Below, one piece after another: positions 13,753 to 28,752 of a stretch of 64,000 bases of DNA. The translations under genes were made by a program, and so were the position numbers. The stretch is from Eledone cirrhosa (Eukaryota). The stretch is taken from contig OZ024743.1 in the NCBI GenBank assembly GCA_964016885.1, positions 274,164,001 through 274,228,000 on the forward strand. Reading direction: 5' to 3'. The notes beneath the pieces are model-generated. The model saw only the letters and a program-made list of their open reading frames with translations. It ran no database searches and was not told the DNA's origin. The first letter of the stretch is position 1, and each line of letters opens with the position of its first letter.

Positions 13753-16343
13753 TGATATTAAGGACAAGCTGGTTAATTTTTTCCTTATCTACTTCATACA
13801 GATTTTTTGTCTTATCAGAAAACAAAGACAATTTTACATGATTGAATGTTTTAATGTCTTTTAAAAGCGCCGCCTGGTTATTATTTCGTCGACTATATAT
13901 TAATTCGCTTTAAGAATGCAAAAGAAAGTAAACAAATATAATAAGATATTTTTCTGAGACTCATCTAATTCAACCATCGAAACTCTCTAGTTGAAATTTA
14001 AGTAACAATGAAGTCCAAACCTGGCAATAGTCGGGCGATCAGTAGTATCTAATGGAACTTAGGATGGATCTCCGGTTTCTTTAAGTAGGAGTGCAGTGAT
14101 GCCTTCTCCTTCAGACTGTTTTCGAAAAAACGATCTCTACTTAGGCCTTTTCTTGCACTCGAAGCCTTTAGAGCAGTACAATAAGTGGTATGCATTCGGT
14201 CCAAGTCTTTAAACTTGAGGATAACTTCATTTCTTTACACCGATATTAGAGCCTCTGCACAAGCTATATTCGCAGTCGCTGTTCACCTAAATTATAAATG
14301 AAAACAAGAATGAAATAAAATATTTTTTTTTCTTTTTGGCTGACTTCAATCGGTGCTGTTCGATGATTTTAAAATGCAATGAAATCGGCCAGTTGCAATG
14401 TAAGTTAGTTACAAATCAGCGAGCAGAAACAAAATCAATACTATTCTACTTTCATCACATAAATTGTGTCTATTGATATTCTGGATTAACTACATTAACA
14501 CAAAATATCAAATAATTTACGACATATGCAAACTTAGTTACACTTCTTCATACTTTATTTTTATCTGAAGTGCTGAAATGAATCTTCTAATAACAATTTC
14601 AATATTTTATACATTGCCTTCAACAGTCGTAGTATATTCTTCCCGCCCCCACTTTATTTTTATATATCAAAAACACGACTGTCTCCAATGTGATCATTTT
14701 TATTAAGGACTTTTTGTATGTCCTTTATGCTTAATTTGGAACTATATTGCTCCCAAAACCATACGTGTTAATATATGCCTCCAAGACGCCACCATCAGAA
14801 CCAGTTTGGTCATACTATGTGCTTACAATTGGCCGTAAAGTCTCATAGTAGTTGTCGGAAATATTGGACACCCAATTTACAATTTCGCGGCTTTTGTGGT
14901 ATGACAGCTATTACAATTGACATCGAGTTTGTTTTATCTGTGTGTTAAATTGTAGGTTCTATTCTGATTTTAGAAGAGCCTCCATAGTTCTTCACTTTGT
15001 TTTACGTTGGATTTGACTAATGTCGTCCTATATATTGTTGTATGGAAATGTAATGGATCCTTGATTTAAAAGCATGGGAAAATATGGTACTTTTGTTGCT
15101 GATGTAGCAACTGTGGTCATGCCGTTAAAAACATGTATGATTGCATTGAAATTTATAAATCATTTTGTTCATTGGCAGAACGTCTTGCAACTTACTAATC
15201 TTTGGTTTCGTGTCAATGAGATCTTTTATTTTTGTATTTTTGTAATATATGCAGACCTTTCAACTCTCCCAATCGGACGGGGAGATCTACCACTCCCTTT
15301 TGGGTGAGTGAGATGTCTTCTCTTGTGGAAATGGTATAGCATTCATTATGTAAAATCTCCCCATTTTGCCTCGTGTCTCCCTGTTTTGGGGCACTTTTTT
15401 TATGGTATTCCCTGTTTGGGTTTTTATAAGTAGTATATTTTATGCATGTGTGTTTTGTTTCATATTATTTATTAATGACATTCTATAGCTAGGGTAAATG
15501 CATTGTGTAGTTACATGTGTTTATACCTGTATTTAATATATTTATGTTAATATATATATTACTTGTTTCATTCGTTGTAGGAAGAGTCACTGATAGAATC
15601 CTTCAACTTATTCATAGATTACTGCTTAAACCTCATTCGGAAACAAAGGGATGTTTTCCTTCCAAGTCAAAAGGACGCTATGCATTCTCTAGAGTGTATG
15701 CTAAGGTATGTGATCAATTATTTCTTTTTAATCTTGAATATCGCAATAATTTATGCGATAGTATTTCCATTTACATCAATTTTAAGTATTTATTATTCCA
15801 ATATAATTAAATGCTGGTTTATTCAACGATACAATTTTATTTAATTATTTTGAAATATATTTTCTTTAATTACATTTATTAATGGTTAACCCATAATTGA
15901 ATGGTGGGTATGGATTTAGACAATGGTAAGCATACAGATATAAAAAATACATATGGAAGAGAATGAATATATCAGCCCACGGTTGGATTCAAGCTCCCAT
16001 TTTTCGTTGATTGTTTTGTGTTTGTTTTTGATTTTTGTTTGTTTTTTCTTGCTAACAGCACTGCGAAATTCAGATTGTACTATAAGTCTTAAACTTTTTA
16101 ATATAAGATGTTACTGTGAACTACTAATTCTGGAGTCATTAAAATATGTGGTCGGCACAGAAACACAAACTTCGATCTACAACATTCTCACTAATGTATG
16201 TTTCAGGCAAGCACGCTTGATTTTGTATTGATTAAAACATATCTTGTTTAATTTTTATATCAATAGTCGATGGTGGTACATTGATTAATATGGGCTTTTT
16301 TTTTCAGTGTCATTATTATAGTTTCGATCCCGCAAGTCTAAAT

Positions 16344-16531
<188 letters not shown>

Positions 16532-18139
16532 AATTCGTATGTGTTATGGGTGAGTAGTAGGAGAAATGTTTCGTTCGAGATTCTCAATCATATCGCATTT
16601 CTTGAAAAAGCCTTAGGAGGTTCCAATATCAGTAATTTAAATCGACCTTAATATTTGTCGAGTACATTGATAAAGTTGTATATATTGATTCCTGGATCAA
16701 TATGACATTGTAAATGATGTCTGGTCATGCCGCATATGAAGAATAATGCATATATAACGAATATTTCACAGTGGCTCTCGTTAGTCTCATGGGTATATTT
16801 GATCTCAGCACAGAAACAGAATAGCACCTTCTGGATTAACCGCAAAAATAATGATGTAGCATTATCTAATATCTACTACTTAAAATGGTAGAAAGAACTA
16901 TTATTGGTATGTACGTACCAGAGTTAGGCATGAGTTACTTTTCATGGCATTGCCCATCTTATACAATCTCGTGTCCCTTTAGAATAAGGCAATTTGTGGA
17001 GTAGAAATAAGTTAATGAATTATGAAATCAGCGAAATGACGTTGTTACATAAGTCAAAACGATTTTTAAAAATCGATATATGCAGTTCAACGTTTCAACT
17101 CAAAATAGAAAATCTGATTTTGTTACAATGCATTTGTCTGTTTGTTTCTTTTTTTTTTTTTCGTTATTCTTTTTTTATTCTATTTGCTTTTATTTTTTTG
17201 ATTAACCAGTTTTCTCTGAGATATTAAGATATTAGCCATGACATGTATCGCTTTTTGCACACTAAAATTGTCGTGCTATAGCCATTACTTAATATATGAA
17301 TGAATGCGAGAAAGGAAAACTTCTCGGTAATACGAATGACGTAAATGCGTGACCATTGGTTACCGACACCTGATTAATAATCAACACTGACCTCAACGTT
17401 GAATATGGACTAAAAAACGGAAGATGATCAGCGAGTGATAAAATAGAATGAGAGGTTTCCATGCTACATGCAATCGAACACATGCAAGCATAGCTAAAAT
17501 AAACACTAACCCGATTAGGATGGTGTGTGGGTAAAAACCAAAAGCGTAAATAAATAAGGTTATATAATATATAAAAGATAAAGATATATCGGTAAATAAA
17601 TATAGTGTGGACAACGAAGAAGAAAATGTATAGCAGAATGAGAAAAATAGATAAAAATGATTATGTAGTATAGTGGGTGAAGTGATTTTCATTTGTTCTC
17701 CGAATATTTGTTTTCTGTATGTTTCATTATTTATTATCTATTATTCAGTAGTAGAAAGGGATACATGAGTTTCATGTCAGAATCTAAACTATATTTAGAT
17801 CTGAAACCATCACTAAAACAATGTATTTACTATTTCCTTTCCGTTTTATTTTTTCGTAATTCTTTATTTAGTTTTTCTTTTATGTTACTTTATATTACAT
17901 TTTAATATTGTTTTCTATTTATTATTTTTTATTATTTTGTTATGAAGGGGAAAGAAGGTTGCTTATTTCTTCGGGTCAAGAGAGTTTAAATGGCTTTAGC
18001 CACAGACATTAGCTAAGCAAATCAATCAGCTAAGTGGTTCTATTGATGCTAACTGAAATATTTCTGCCAGATCTCGTGGAAAACATGATTTCTATTACTT
18101 TCTTTCACATTTTCGTTCTTTATTCTCTCTTTCCGTTTC

Positions 18140-18170
<31 letters not shown>

Positions 18171-19249
18171 CCCTCTGTGTCGTAATGTCTTCTTACCCTC
18201 ACAGATTATTTACCTCTACTATTAACATCCAAATTCTTGCATTAGATTTTCAAACTATATACAATTTAAACAAAACTTTCAATCTACTCGCAGATTACAC
18301 TTTTCCACATTTTAGCATTGTTGAAAGCTTCGACTGAATTTATGCCAAAATTAAAGTGGAAAATATTTCTTACATAACCAATAATTACATGTCTCTATTA
18401 AAATAAGGTTATAGCTGTAGTATTGGTGACGATGCTCTTCGGAATTGACTTTCACTTCCATGTTTATATATTTCTTTCGATAAGATGTTCGCTTCGCAGT
18501 TACTTTTTTTGCCCGTTCGGTTCCACTGCATTGGATGCATGTCTTCTATCATAGCCGAGGAGATAGCAAAGCGGTATAAGTGAAATTTGGTTGACGAAAG
18601 GTTTAAAGGGAGTTATAAGTATAATTCGTTGTTCAGTTTAATGCCACCACATAACCCGTGGACTCCATTTTGTCGCAAGCATTCAAGCCACGTAATCCTA
18701 TATGTGGAGAATATCCCCATTTAATTCTACCAATAATATAAAAGAGCAAACTAAATACCTCAAGCTTGGTTGTGTTCTAAACTACGTAGAATATAGCCAT
18801 TTGATAAAAGCTATTTTCACAATTATAGTAAATTCTAGATTAGGATAATGACCAAGATGTCGAAGTAGTGGAACAATGCTCATATATACTAGAAGCAAGC
18901 TAATTATATGCTATTTTCGTTTCAATAATTTTCAATTAACTGACTTTTTCATATTATTATCCACGCTGAAATCTCTCACTTCTAAAGCCCACTATTAAAC
19001 AATTTCATAAACACTCTCTCATAAAGCTACACCTTTCCCTATCTCCCTGTCGCCACAATGTAATCATTCCATCTTAGATCCTACAACCACTCTTATCAAG
19101 CTTAAACTATTCAAAATGAACCATACCTGCACGAGCCGATACGAGCTACTTTGCTTAATGAACTTCGATATTTGTTTTAATCACTATATTTTTCTAACAA
19201 TACGAAACAAAGGGAGAAGTTAGAGTTTCAAAATTGTGGACATGTTTTT

Positions 19250-19738
19250 CTTCAGATAGAGTGAACATATAGGCATTAATACTATGATTGCAGAGCGAAT
19301 GTAAAGATTATGTGCACCGCCTCTTCTTTCAGACAGATCAAGTAAAAGGCAAAAGAAAGAAGGTATGTGGATGATTAAAAGAGGGGATAGTGGGGAAATA
19401 GCCATTTTCACTCGTGTGAGAGGAAATGAAGTATCATGGATAGTACCATGGTGTTTAACAACAGCCAGGTAAGTTGAAAGGTTAGAGATCGGCTGAAGGC
19501 CAGAATGGTTTTGGTGGAAGATATGGGAGCAAATGAGACTAGATATACAACATAACACAGACATATAGAAAACAATGGAAATGGGGCGAGTGAGTTGGCA
19601 GTCAGGACTATGGAATGTAAACGAAAATCTAGAAGCAATGAATGGGCAGTAGTAGTTGGTCAGCGGTGTGAAATAATTTCACTAAAAAAGTAAACAATTA
19701 TACTATGTCCAATAAATGCATATGTGATAACAATGGCC

Positions 19739-19740
<2 letters not shown>
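19250..19740 (-). mobile_element. Highly degenerate PLE GIY-YIG/3' UTR remnant
   Basis: Weak AFIGHS...FSE trace resembling YIGQT...RFxEH, next to (TA)n. Confidence 0.3.
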
Positions 19741-19820
<80 letters not shown>

Positions 19821-19821
<1 letters not shown>

Positions 19822-19883
19822 TGAGGATCCGCTAAGGTGAAACAATTGTTCAGGGTATGGTGAACTAACAGTTGTGTAACCAC

Positions 19884-19887
<4 letters not shown>
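19821..19887 (+). mobile_element. 67-bp HHR-core fragment of the 11590-12248 family, embedded in (TA)n
   Basis: Matches 12115-12182 with few mismatches. (TA)n on both sides. Confidence 0.9.
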
Positions 19888-19967
<80 letters not shown>

Positions 19968-21771
19968 GTATATATATGGACTCGTGGATGCTATGTTACA
20001 GATCATAGCAAAATAAAATTGTACAATAAATACCACGATGAGACTCCCAAACAACGTATTATCTTCAATCTAGTTACATCATCGCTCGGTCTTAATACGC
20101 GCCTCAAATCACTCTCATTCCTTTCTTTCTCTCTCATTCTGTCTCTCTTTCAACCATTATAAGCCAGGATTTTAATGTTCTGTATTTGCGTTGTATTATA
20201 TATAGCTCTGTGCCTATACATAGATATGTGGATATAACACATGTTCGTATATGTTCGTACATTAATTGTACACATGATTGTAGACACTATGCGTGTCATT
20301 GGCGTAACTTTAATACCTTGTCTGCCTTAATGCACTTTACTCTCTACGCCGTAACCACATGAATTATTATTTTTATTATCGTGTAGGTGTGAAGATTCTA
20401 ATCCCAATATTATTAGTGCAATGGGGTATACGAGTTAAGCTTATCTCAAATGTGAATATTATCCCAGACTTAGTAAACATTAACAGCAAAACAGTTAAGT
20501 ATATGTTTTGGGGTAAATAGTGGGCTACTAATAATGCAATAATGCAATTGATATATAAATCCAGTAAAATTGCTATTGCTACTTTAGCAGAAATCAATCG
20601 CTGTTCTTAAAGGTCCTCACAAAAATTAAAGATTTAAATACAGCGACGAGAAAATGTTTAGACTTAGTTAACATTATTCTCTCGTTGAGTATGTAAGGGA
20701 GACAAAACTGAACGGTTCTCTTTTGTTAGTCTTCATCAACGGAGAAATATCATACAACATTGCTTGCTGGCATTGTAGTAACTAGCTTGCTGTATAGCGA
20801 TGTTCGAAAAAAATATTGAATGGTGACTGGGAAATATTTGAACCGATAACGACAACCTGATTATAATAGGTGCTGAATGTATATTTATGTAATACAAATT
20901 GGGTTGAATTTCAGAAATGTCTACAGTAGAATTAAATTCGGAAGTTAGTAATCAAAGGAGGTTAGTCAGTGTTAGTATTACGATATGTTCAAGTAAACAA
21001 GAGTCAACTGAGAAGGTTTCTGTCTGAGTAAACGTTGCCTATGGAAGTATAATCGTCACCATATACACATTACCCGATCGATGTACATAATTGTGTGAGG
21101 TAAGTATATGAACGTGCGTTGTAATTATATGTATAAGAATGTGTGTTGTAAGTATATGTATATGCATGTGTACGTCAGAATGAATGAAAAGATTATCTAA
21201 AATCGCTCAGCAAGAGAATCATGGCCACCAAAATTACCAGCAATTTTCCAATACTGGTCTCTAAAACTACGCGCCAATTCGACTACCCATGATGAATTAT
21301 ATAAATATATCAAACATATTACACACACAAATATGATATACACTGAACGTAGTAATTACACTGTACATCATGTCTTAGATACTTAATTATTTCCATATAT
21401 TTTTCAATGTCATATTTTTGATATTTCTCCCGTTCGATATAAGTTTACTTTGACTGTTTAGTTTCGTTTTCATTTATTTCTTTAGAACAAATGTCTAAAT
21501 TCTGTATTTACGTTTCCATTTTCATTATATTTCTTCTTACTACATTCCTTCAGTTATTTCATATGTTTGTTTCCCCGTTTGTTTTCTGTAGATTGATGGA
21601 TTTTCTTTTGGTTTTAATATTTACCAAATTTTATTTTTCCTGAACTATTTCTATTTCAAGTTTTCATGTCAATTTATACAATCACACAACACTCACGTAG
21701 AAACGCACAAACGTGCAACCAAATATACATATTATATACACACATGCATACATACACATGCATACACACAT

Positions 21772-21845
<74 letters not shown>

Positions 21846-21849
<4 letters not shown>

Positions 21850-23534
21850 AATGAATAATAACAGGTAGACATCATAAAAAGGTAATTTATTCCGTGTGCT
21901 TACAAATGTTTCCACGGTGGTACTACAGCCTAGTTATGCTATGTGCAAATTTACAAGTATTTGCAGAACTCAAATATCCAATGCTGGTCTCTAAAACTCA
22001 AATATCCACTGTATCCTCAGAGCAGAATGGTAAAATGTACAATGTAAATACCCTTAAGTGGGGTTGTTGGGGAAGATAGAGTAGAAAAAGAAGAGAGAAA
22101 AGTAGGGGAGAGGGAGAGAGAGAGAAAGATATGCATGGGTTGGAGAAGTAGGAGAGAGTGGTTTGTAGATATCTTAATCAAAATGTTATGGTAGGGGTTT
22201 TATTATACTGGTTACTTTTGAAGAGATGCGTTGATAGTTAGGGTCGGAATTATTTATTGCCCCAGAGGGCAGGTTCATAGATGTGGAGAGGGAGGTAGGC
22301 CAAAGGCGAGAGAGAGAGAGTGTAGTGGATGTAGAGAGAGGGGCAGAGAGGGGACAGACGAAGTTTATGTGGTGAGTGAACTTTGGCTTTGTAGTAGTAA
22401 TCTACGAATTGCACTGAGTTACCATTTATAGTAATAAGCAGTGTGTTGTCTTGTAGTGTGGGGGAAGAGAAGGCGGTTGGCTAGAAAGCGATGTTATAGT
22501 TACGGGTTCGAATGTTAAGTTATTTTATAGTGAGAGAATTTAGCTTTTAGTTTGTGGTTGCAGTATAATGATCGTTCAATTCTATCGTTAAGTAGTTTGT
22601 TTTTGGATTTTAATATGTAAAAGAGTTCAAGGTTACATAACCTGCAGTACTTCAATCCACTCCGATATGCACTTGCGCTGGAAAGTATGTCCCATTTTAA
22701 GGTGAACTGTTGGTTGCGTTCACGGAGTTGCCAGGTCTTGTTGGCGAGCGTGGTCACAAAACGGTGATTAGGATGTTTGATTGAGAATCGATGACGGTAC
22801 CAGCGAGATTTAAACGAGGTGGTGGTAGATCCGATATAATACCATTTCTGGTCGTTCGATTCAACCGTGCATTGGTAAACAATTTTGGACTTTAGGCATT
22901 CATTCTGCAATGGACATCTTTCAGGTAGATGGCAGTTACATGCTTTGTTGTGGGTAGCGGGTATACCATGGATAGGTTGTGATACCGGTACAGGTGGATT
23001 GTGTAATACCCGTCTCCCATTTAGTGGTTGGGAGGCAGATCTTACGTTCTGCCCATCTGTTACTAAAATGTTTTGTTTTGTAGAGTTGTTTAATTGCCTT
23101 AAGTTAAGTTTTTTTATGTATGCTTCAAGGTTTGGTGCCGTGGAGTATGATAGTCTAATAGTTTTAGAGTTCAGAATGTTGCTGTATTCATGGGAACTAG
23201 GGAAATGTTTGTTGATTAACTTAAAGGATGAAAGAGATAGTTTTGTACTAATCGAGGCATTAAAAATAGGATTGTACCAGATATACTTTCTACAACGTGA
23301 TTTATTTGGTGGTGATTTTCTATTATTAGTATGTCTGGTAGTACTGTGTGTGTGCGCTTGTATTTTAGTCCCCCTGGTATTATATCGGATCTACCACCAC
23401 CTCGTTTAAATCTCGCTGGTACCGTCATCGATTCTCAATCAAACATCCTAATCACCGTTTTGTGACCACGCTCGCCAACAAGACCTGGCAACTCCGTGAA
23501 CGCAACCAACAGTTCACCTTAAAATGGGACATAC
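21846..23534 (-). mobile_element. 5'-truncated PLE (GIY-YIG ORF + 3' UTR + HHR) with an inverted 5' segment
   Basis: CNCHLPERCPLQNECL..IVYQC...YYIGSTTTSFKSRWYRH...CRLCNLE. 23375-23534 is the reverse complement of 22685-22844. Confidence 0.9.
21897..22024 (-). ncRNA. Hammerhead ribozyme motif with about 100-nt stem II
   Basis: TGCT-CTGAGGA-TACAGTGG...CCACCGTG-GAAA-CATTTG-TA-AGCA. Confidence 0.7.
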
Positions 23535-23750
23535 CTGTAGCACGTGTAAATATAAGGGAAATACGTGCGCGAGGCAGTAACCGGTAGCATGAACAGAACA
23601 AGCTGCTAGAGATGGCAGCTTATACTGTTCAATTTATGGTGCTCGACAGCAGAGAGAATGCAAGGAGCAAATATCAAGTAAAATAACGGTTACTGCCACC
23701 GGTTACTGCCTCGCGTACGTATTTCCCTTATATTTACACGTGCAACAGGT
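23533..23750. repeat. Fold-back/MITE-like segment with about 55-bp terminal inverted repeats
   Basis: ACCTGTAGCACGTGTAAATATAAGGGAAATACG...CCGGT and its reverse complement ending at 23750. No clear TSD. Confidence 0.7.
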
Positions 23751-24204
23751 GGTTTATTATAGTTCTCTCTCTCTAGTAGTGCGGACAATAACGGTCTCTC
23801 GACATGCTGATGACCCACAAGGCCGAATTGGAACCCACTAAAATAGCGAAACATTGTCCTGGTGAGTTTGTACAGGTGTGATCTAGGTATGAGGTTGGTT
23901 TCTCATTTTAATTCATACTTTTAATTTTAATGTTTTTCCTATGCCACTATTAGCTTATATTCTCTTCACGCTGGTGGTGTGAAATTCCTGTAAAGGAAAA
24001 CACACTCTTCTGTGTTTTTCCCCCTCTATATATCGTATTTTAAAGTGCACAGGAATACGCTATACACACACACACACACACACACAGACACACACACACA
24101 CACACATACATATAGAAAGACGATCGACTTTCGTCAAATCGGACCGAGGGAACAATGTTTCCGTTGGTCTTTCCAATTGCTAATACTATCTATCGGTCGC
24201 AAAT

Positions 24205-24330
24205 CCGGGTAGAAGGAGCAATGTGAAATAAAGTGTCTTGCTCAAGGACATAACGCATCGCCTGGTCCAGGAATCGAACTAACAACCTTACGATTGCGAA
24301 CCCAATTCGCTAACCACTCAGCCACACGCT
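24205..24330 (-). mobile_element. tRNA-derived CORE-type SINE
   Basis: Minus strand has A box TGGCTGAGTGG, B box GTTCGATTCC, then CORE-like TGTCCTTGAGCAAGACACTT. Confidence 0.82.
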
Positions 24331-24332
24331 TT

Positions 24333-24728
<396 letters not shown>

Positions 24729-24812
24729 AAGTTATATTTAAAATTGTTGGGTTACAACTAGTAAATATTTATAACTGATATAAAAGCACTCGACAAATAC
24801 TTGGAGTATATT

Positions 24813-25898
<1,086 letters not shown>

Positions 25899-26164
25899 CA
25901 CACACACACATGATAGTTGCAAATTCTGCTAAGAGAATTGCAATCGCTTGTCAGATTATAGAGTTTACTGCACTTTTAGGCTACCGCCAGCCACACAATG
26001 TTTTGAATTTTTTTTTAAGTGGGGAAAGGCCTTGCACTCAAGCAATCCCACTCTCTGAGCATCGAAAACACTACCTGCAAAGGAGGACTGGTCAACATCA
26101 TCGGATGCTTCCGAAGCCGCAGGTTTTTCAGAGTTTCCCTTCTTAGAAAGGTGTTGTGACAACA

Positions 26165-26580
26165 AATGGGGGCCTTTCACTGTCATGTGAAAAAAAAGTA
26201 CTCTTTGGATGGCCGTTGACTCTTCCCTTTGCCGGGTCTTCCAGCAGGGTGTCCAAATATCACCCTCCTGGGGGTCTTTTACTCCTAGGTGAAAAGAAAT
26301 TTCTATTTGGATGGCCGTTGACTCGGCTGAGTTCCTCCTCTTTGCCGAAGGGTGTCCAAATATCACCCTCCACACCAAGCTAGCTTGGTGGGGTTGCCGG
26401 TTTAGTCCCTGACGACCCGACCATAAGACAGGTTGTATTGGGTTACATGTTACCAGTAGCACTCGAGAGCGACCTGGCATAACATACATACATCTCGCTC
26501 CACTAAAACACTTTATTGGATGGCCGTTGACACTCCTGACTTGCTCCTCCCTTTGACGGCCTTATAATTGGGGTCGACCA
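26165..26580. repeat. Three imperfect copies of a unit containing TTGGATGGCCGTTGAC (unclassified)
   Basis: Copies near 26205, 26307 and 26516. Confidence 0.7.
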
Positions 26581-26649
26581 GAAAAAACTCAAACTCTACT
26601 CTCTGTAGTTAATGCTATATAATCAGTATGGTATGGGAAATATTCCATC

Positions 26650-26990
26650 AATAATGCACAAACGATTTTGGCATCACCTTATTACTTTTAGAATCCACGC
26701 AAGGATTGGTCCCGTGCAATCCATCACTACAAAAATCAAACTCGTCTCTCATAGAAACAATATGACACAACTATTTCACCTCAACTGCTCCCTTTTCGCT
26801 GATGTCATACTGAAATACATCAAGACAGAAACAGATCCCATAATAGTCAAAAGTTCCATGGACAAATTCCTCAACGAAATCCCTGATAAATACCCATACA
26901 CCCGCATATGTCTCCGAAAACAACACCCATCGCTCTTCCACTCTCACACCAATACATGTTCAGAACTACCTCCACAACACATCTAAATAC
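26650..26990 (+). pseudogene. CR1/L2-like LINE 3' fragment
   Basis: FRIHARIGP...KSSMDKFLNEIPDK resembles the CR1-type terminal FK..LD.FL..IPD motif. Confidence 0.55.
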
Positions 26991-27835
26991 GAAAAAGGAC
27001 ATACACTCCAACACGCCTAAATTAGCCACATCTACACGACCATGATGCGCATTTAATTCTACTAACGTTACTAATTAACTAATCAATTATACTAACAGAT
27101 CCCTCTCATACCAACACACATACATTACCCCCAACACTTACTCAGACAAATACACATTATATTATTTTAACGCTACTAATTAACTAACTAATCATACTAA
27201 CACGTCTAACCCTACTACATGGCCAATTCAAACTTTAGCGCTAGACTTTTACTACCAGCAAATACATACACACATATACTAAAACCATCATCATCAAAAA
27301 GGCACAACAGTTCGCTGTCCATTTTTCTGCGACACTAAACGTTCAGCCGATACCACTTCCGTTCTTTGTGCACAACATACAACCACCCCACCCACTACTA
27401 CTCTGGCTACTTCCTTTAATAGCCCAGCTTTGGACGCTACACCGCATACAGCTGAGACTTCCAAGACCAGGATTTCAACACGCTTTAGCAAACACACGCA
27501 GAAACAAATTCACAAACACAGACCACAATCGCATACACTCGCCAATAGGTACTAAGTGTACACCCACATGCACATATAAATGTACATAAAGAATTCACAA
27601 ACAGACACGTATACATACGCAAACAAAATCACAAAAAAATCAAACACATGCGTGTATGTATATATATACACAGAAACTCATACATAAACATACACACACA
27701 AAGACCCATGTATATGCATATACTGAAACACGTGTTAGAGACGCTATTGTGTAATGCTTCTTCAAATTTCAACAAATCTTGCTTAGGTTTTCTTAGAACC
27801 CTGCTAGTATTATATATATATAGACACACACACAC

Positions 27836-27875
<40 letters not shown>

Positions 27876-28419
27876 ATATACATACATATAGACACATATT
27901 TATATTTATATATATATACGCATATTAGTACATTTTTATATATGTGAACGTACACACAAATATATGTTTATATAGAGATTTTCTATACTTCAGTCTGACA
28001 AGAAGGAGACGGCATCTTTTACTTGTCTGTCATAACGTCACACTTAAAAACAAATGCGATGAGCTCTTTTTGTCATTGGTGGACTCCTGTGTGTATTTGC
28101 CTGTAACAAGTGGATAGCCATAGAGAATTTATATAAGTGTAACTCTGAATATTCTGTCATATATCTATTGGGGCAACTAAAAAAAATAGACCCCATCCCT
28201 GCTGCTGCATATATCATGTAGAAATAGTGTCAACCAGGCGGGCGTATTCCTCACTGAGTACATAACGACTGGGTATCAATATTGATAGAAAGAATGCAAA
28301 GTAAGAATAATTGATTTATAGATATATAAGGAGGAAACAAAATGAAAAGTGCTGCAAATTTATATATACAGTATATATGTAAAATACACAAATACTTGTA
28401 TGTGTTTATATATATATAA

Positions 28420-28450
<31 letters not shown>

Positions 28451-28518
28451 CATACATATGGAGGGAGACGTGTAGGTGTATATGTGTGAGTGCGCATGTG
28501 TGCCTTTATAGACACGCG

Positions 28519-28561
<43 letters not shown>

Positions 28562-28565
28562 ATAT

Positions 28566-28752
28566 CAGCACGGACACTCTATCTCAAAATTATTTTTGAA
28601 AAGCATTTAGAAATGCGCAACCGGTAAAAACTTAAAAACTTAAAACCACAACTGAATACTAACCCATACAATCACTAATACTCTTTTATTTCTAATTAAA
28701 CCATTTTTCAACTGTGAACAATTTGTCAGCATTTTCTATTCCGTTTACCAAT
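28566..28752 (+). mobile_element. Solo 3' end (pLTR) of the same family as the 58652-63687 element, in (TA)n
   Basis: Near-identical reverse complement of 63427-63616. Confidence 0.93.

Noticed and set aside
14040-14900. Possible Tc1/mariner transposase remnants
   Set aside because: Motif traces were too weak and no terminal inverted repeats were found.
24255-24330. tRNA-like sequence with A and B boxes
   Set aside because: It continues into a CORE domain and lacks a clean cloverleaf, so it is a SINE head rather than a tRNA gene.
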